Source: an uncultured delta proteobacterium (lineage in GTDB: Bacteria; Desulfobacterota; Binatia; UBA9968). From it: 64,000 bases of DNA. This document shows positions 63,048 through 64,000 of the stretch, one piece after another. The notes beneath the pieces are model-generated. The model saw only the letters and a program-made list of their open reading frames with translations. It was not told the DNA's origin and made no database searches. Where the stretch lies: the NCBI GenBank assembly GCA_963745035.1, contig CAVUVW010000013.1, positions 992,001 through 1,056,000 of the forward strand, read 5' to 3'. Position numbers and translations under genes: made by a program. Position 1 is the first letter of the stretch. Each line of letters starts with the position of its first letter.

Positions 63048-64000
63048 ATGGCAAAGCCTGCTCCGAAAGCAGAGACGATCAAGAAATCCGACCGGCGCTG
63101 GCAGTCCGACGTCATCGTCGACATGATCAAGCGCTACGATTTCGAATATATCGCGCTTAATCCCGGCGCGAGCTACCGCGGGTTGCACGATTCGCTGGTA
63201 AACTACGGCGAGAACGATCCGCAGATGCTGCTCTGCCAGCACGAAAAGATCGCCGTGCAGATCGCGCATGGGTATGCGCGTGCCAAGGGCAAGCCGATGA
63301 TCTCCATCGTGCATAATCTCGTCGGCCTGCTGCACGCTCCGATGGGCGTGTACTACGCCTATCTCGATCGCGCGCCGGTTTTCATTATCGGCGCCACCGG
63401 GCCGATGGCCGAACCCAAGCGCCGTCCGTTTATCGACTGGATCCACACCGCCAACGGCCAAGGCGAAGCGATTCGCAATTTCGTCAAATGGGATTACCAG
63501 CCGACCACGGTGGACGGCGTGCCGGGCGCGTTCGCGCGCGCCTACTCGGTGATGATGAGCGCGCGCCAGGGACCGGTCTACATGGTTTACGATGCCGGCC
63601 TCCAGGAAGCGGAATTGACTCACGACGTCGAGATGCCGCCGGCCGGCGCGATCGACGTTCCCACGGCCCCGTCCGCCGATCCAGTCGCGTTGGCGAAAGC
63701 TGCGGACACACTAGCCGCCGCGAATCGGGTGGCGATCATCGCCGACTTCGCCGCCCGCCCGCCGCACGGCTGGAATCACGTCGTCGAATTGGCTGAGACC
63801 CTCGGCGCTTCGGTTTGGGATGTCGGTTCCCGCTTGAACTTTCCGAGCGATCACCCGCTTAACTTGACGATGGATCCGGACGGCTGCTACCAGGGCGTCG
63901 ACGTCGTGCTCACTCTCGACATCGCCGACTTCGAAAAGCCGACCCACGTGCGCGACATCGCGACCCGCACCGTCGTCAGCAAAGTGCCGGCCGAACGCGA
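63048..64000 (+). CDS. Second ThDP-dependent enzyme, tandem paralog, truncated by window end (absent from the ORF track)
   Basis: AAGGAGG RBS, ATG 63048, MAKPAPKAETIKKSDRRWQSDVIVD..NPGASYRGLHDSLVNYGEN..HEKIAVQIAHG. Confidence 0.9.
   Translation, partial: MAKPAPKAETIKKSDRRWQSDVIVDMIKRYDFEYIALNPGASYRGLHDSLVNYGENDPQMLLCQHEKIAVQIAHGYARAKGKPMISIVHNLVGLLHAPMGVYYAYLDRAPVFIIGATGPMAEPKRRPFIDWIHTANGQGEAIRNFVKWDYQPTTVDGVPGAFARAYSVMMSARQGPVYMVYDAGLQEAELTHDVEMPPAGAIDVPTAPSADPVALAKAADTLAAANRVAIIADFAARPPHGWNHVVELAETLGASVWDVGSRLNFPSDHPLNLTMDPDGCYQGVDVVLTLDIADFEKPTHVRDIATRTVVSKVPAER

Noticed and set aside
65-63947. Many long antisense or alternate-frame ORFs (e.g. 2933-4177, 11140-12750, 60991-62145)
   Set aside because: They are shadows of real genes, expected at high GC, and carry no recognisable motifs.

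Overview
GC-rich bacterial chromosome segment. Gene order and the many SsuA/NMT1-type binding proteins suggest a deltaproteobacterial-type lineage such as Ca. Binatia (inference). Bases 1-33.7 kb are mostly core genes: tatC, rpsT, lptE-leuS, nusB and rib genes, nrdR, glyA, rpiB, acpP-fabG-fabD-plsX-rpmF-yceD, queG, ruvABC-yebC, rlpA and acnA. Bases 33.8-64 kb are accessory transport and catabolic genes: orphan binding proteins, Tat amidohydrolase, Rieske oxygenase, GMC oxidoreductase, TctABC, PrpD, DUF3015/DUF4105, a Liv-type ABC system and tandem ThDP enzymes. About 20 genes, including essential ones, carry single-base frameshifts that are best read as long-read consensus errors. The top finding is an NtrY-type sensor kinase whose partner is an NtrX-type receiver domain fused in frame to a catalytically intact LpxC, a candidate system for direct phosphorylation control of the committed step of lipid A synthesis. 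Other findings are three apparent pseudoenzymes (RibB half of RibBA, an HtrA-like protein without its triad coupled to a radical SAM gene, and a metallopeptidase-like lipoprotein without HExxH), a DUF3015 + Lnb-like/beta-barrel pair, and several intergenic palindromic repeat families. No rRNA, tRNA, CRISPR array or transposase was recognised. Family assignments come from recognising motifs; no database search was run.
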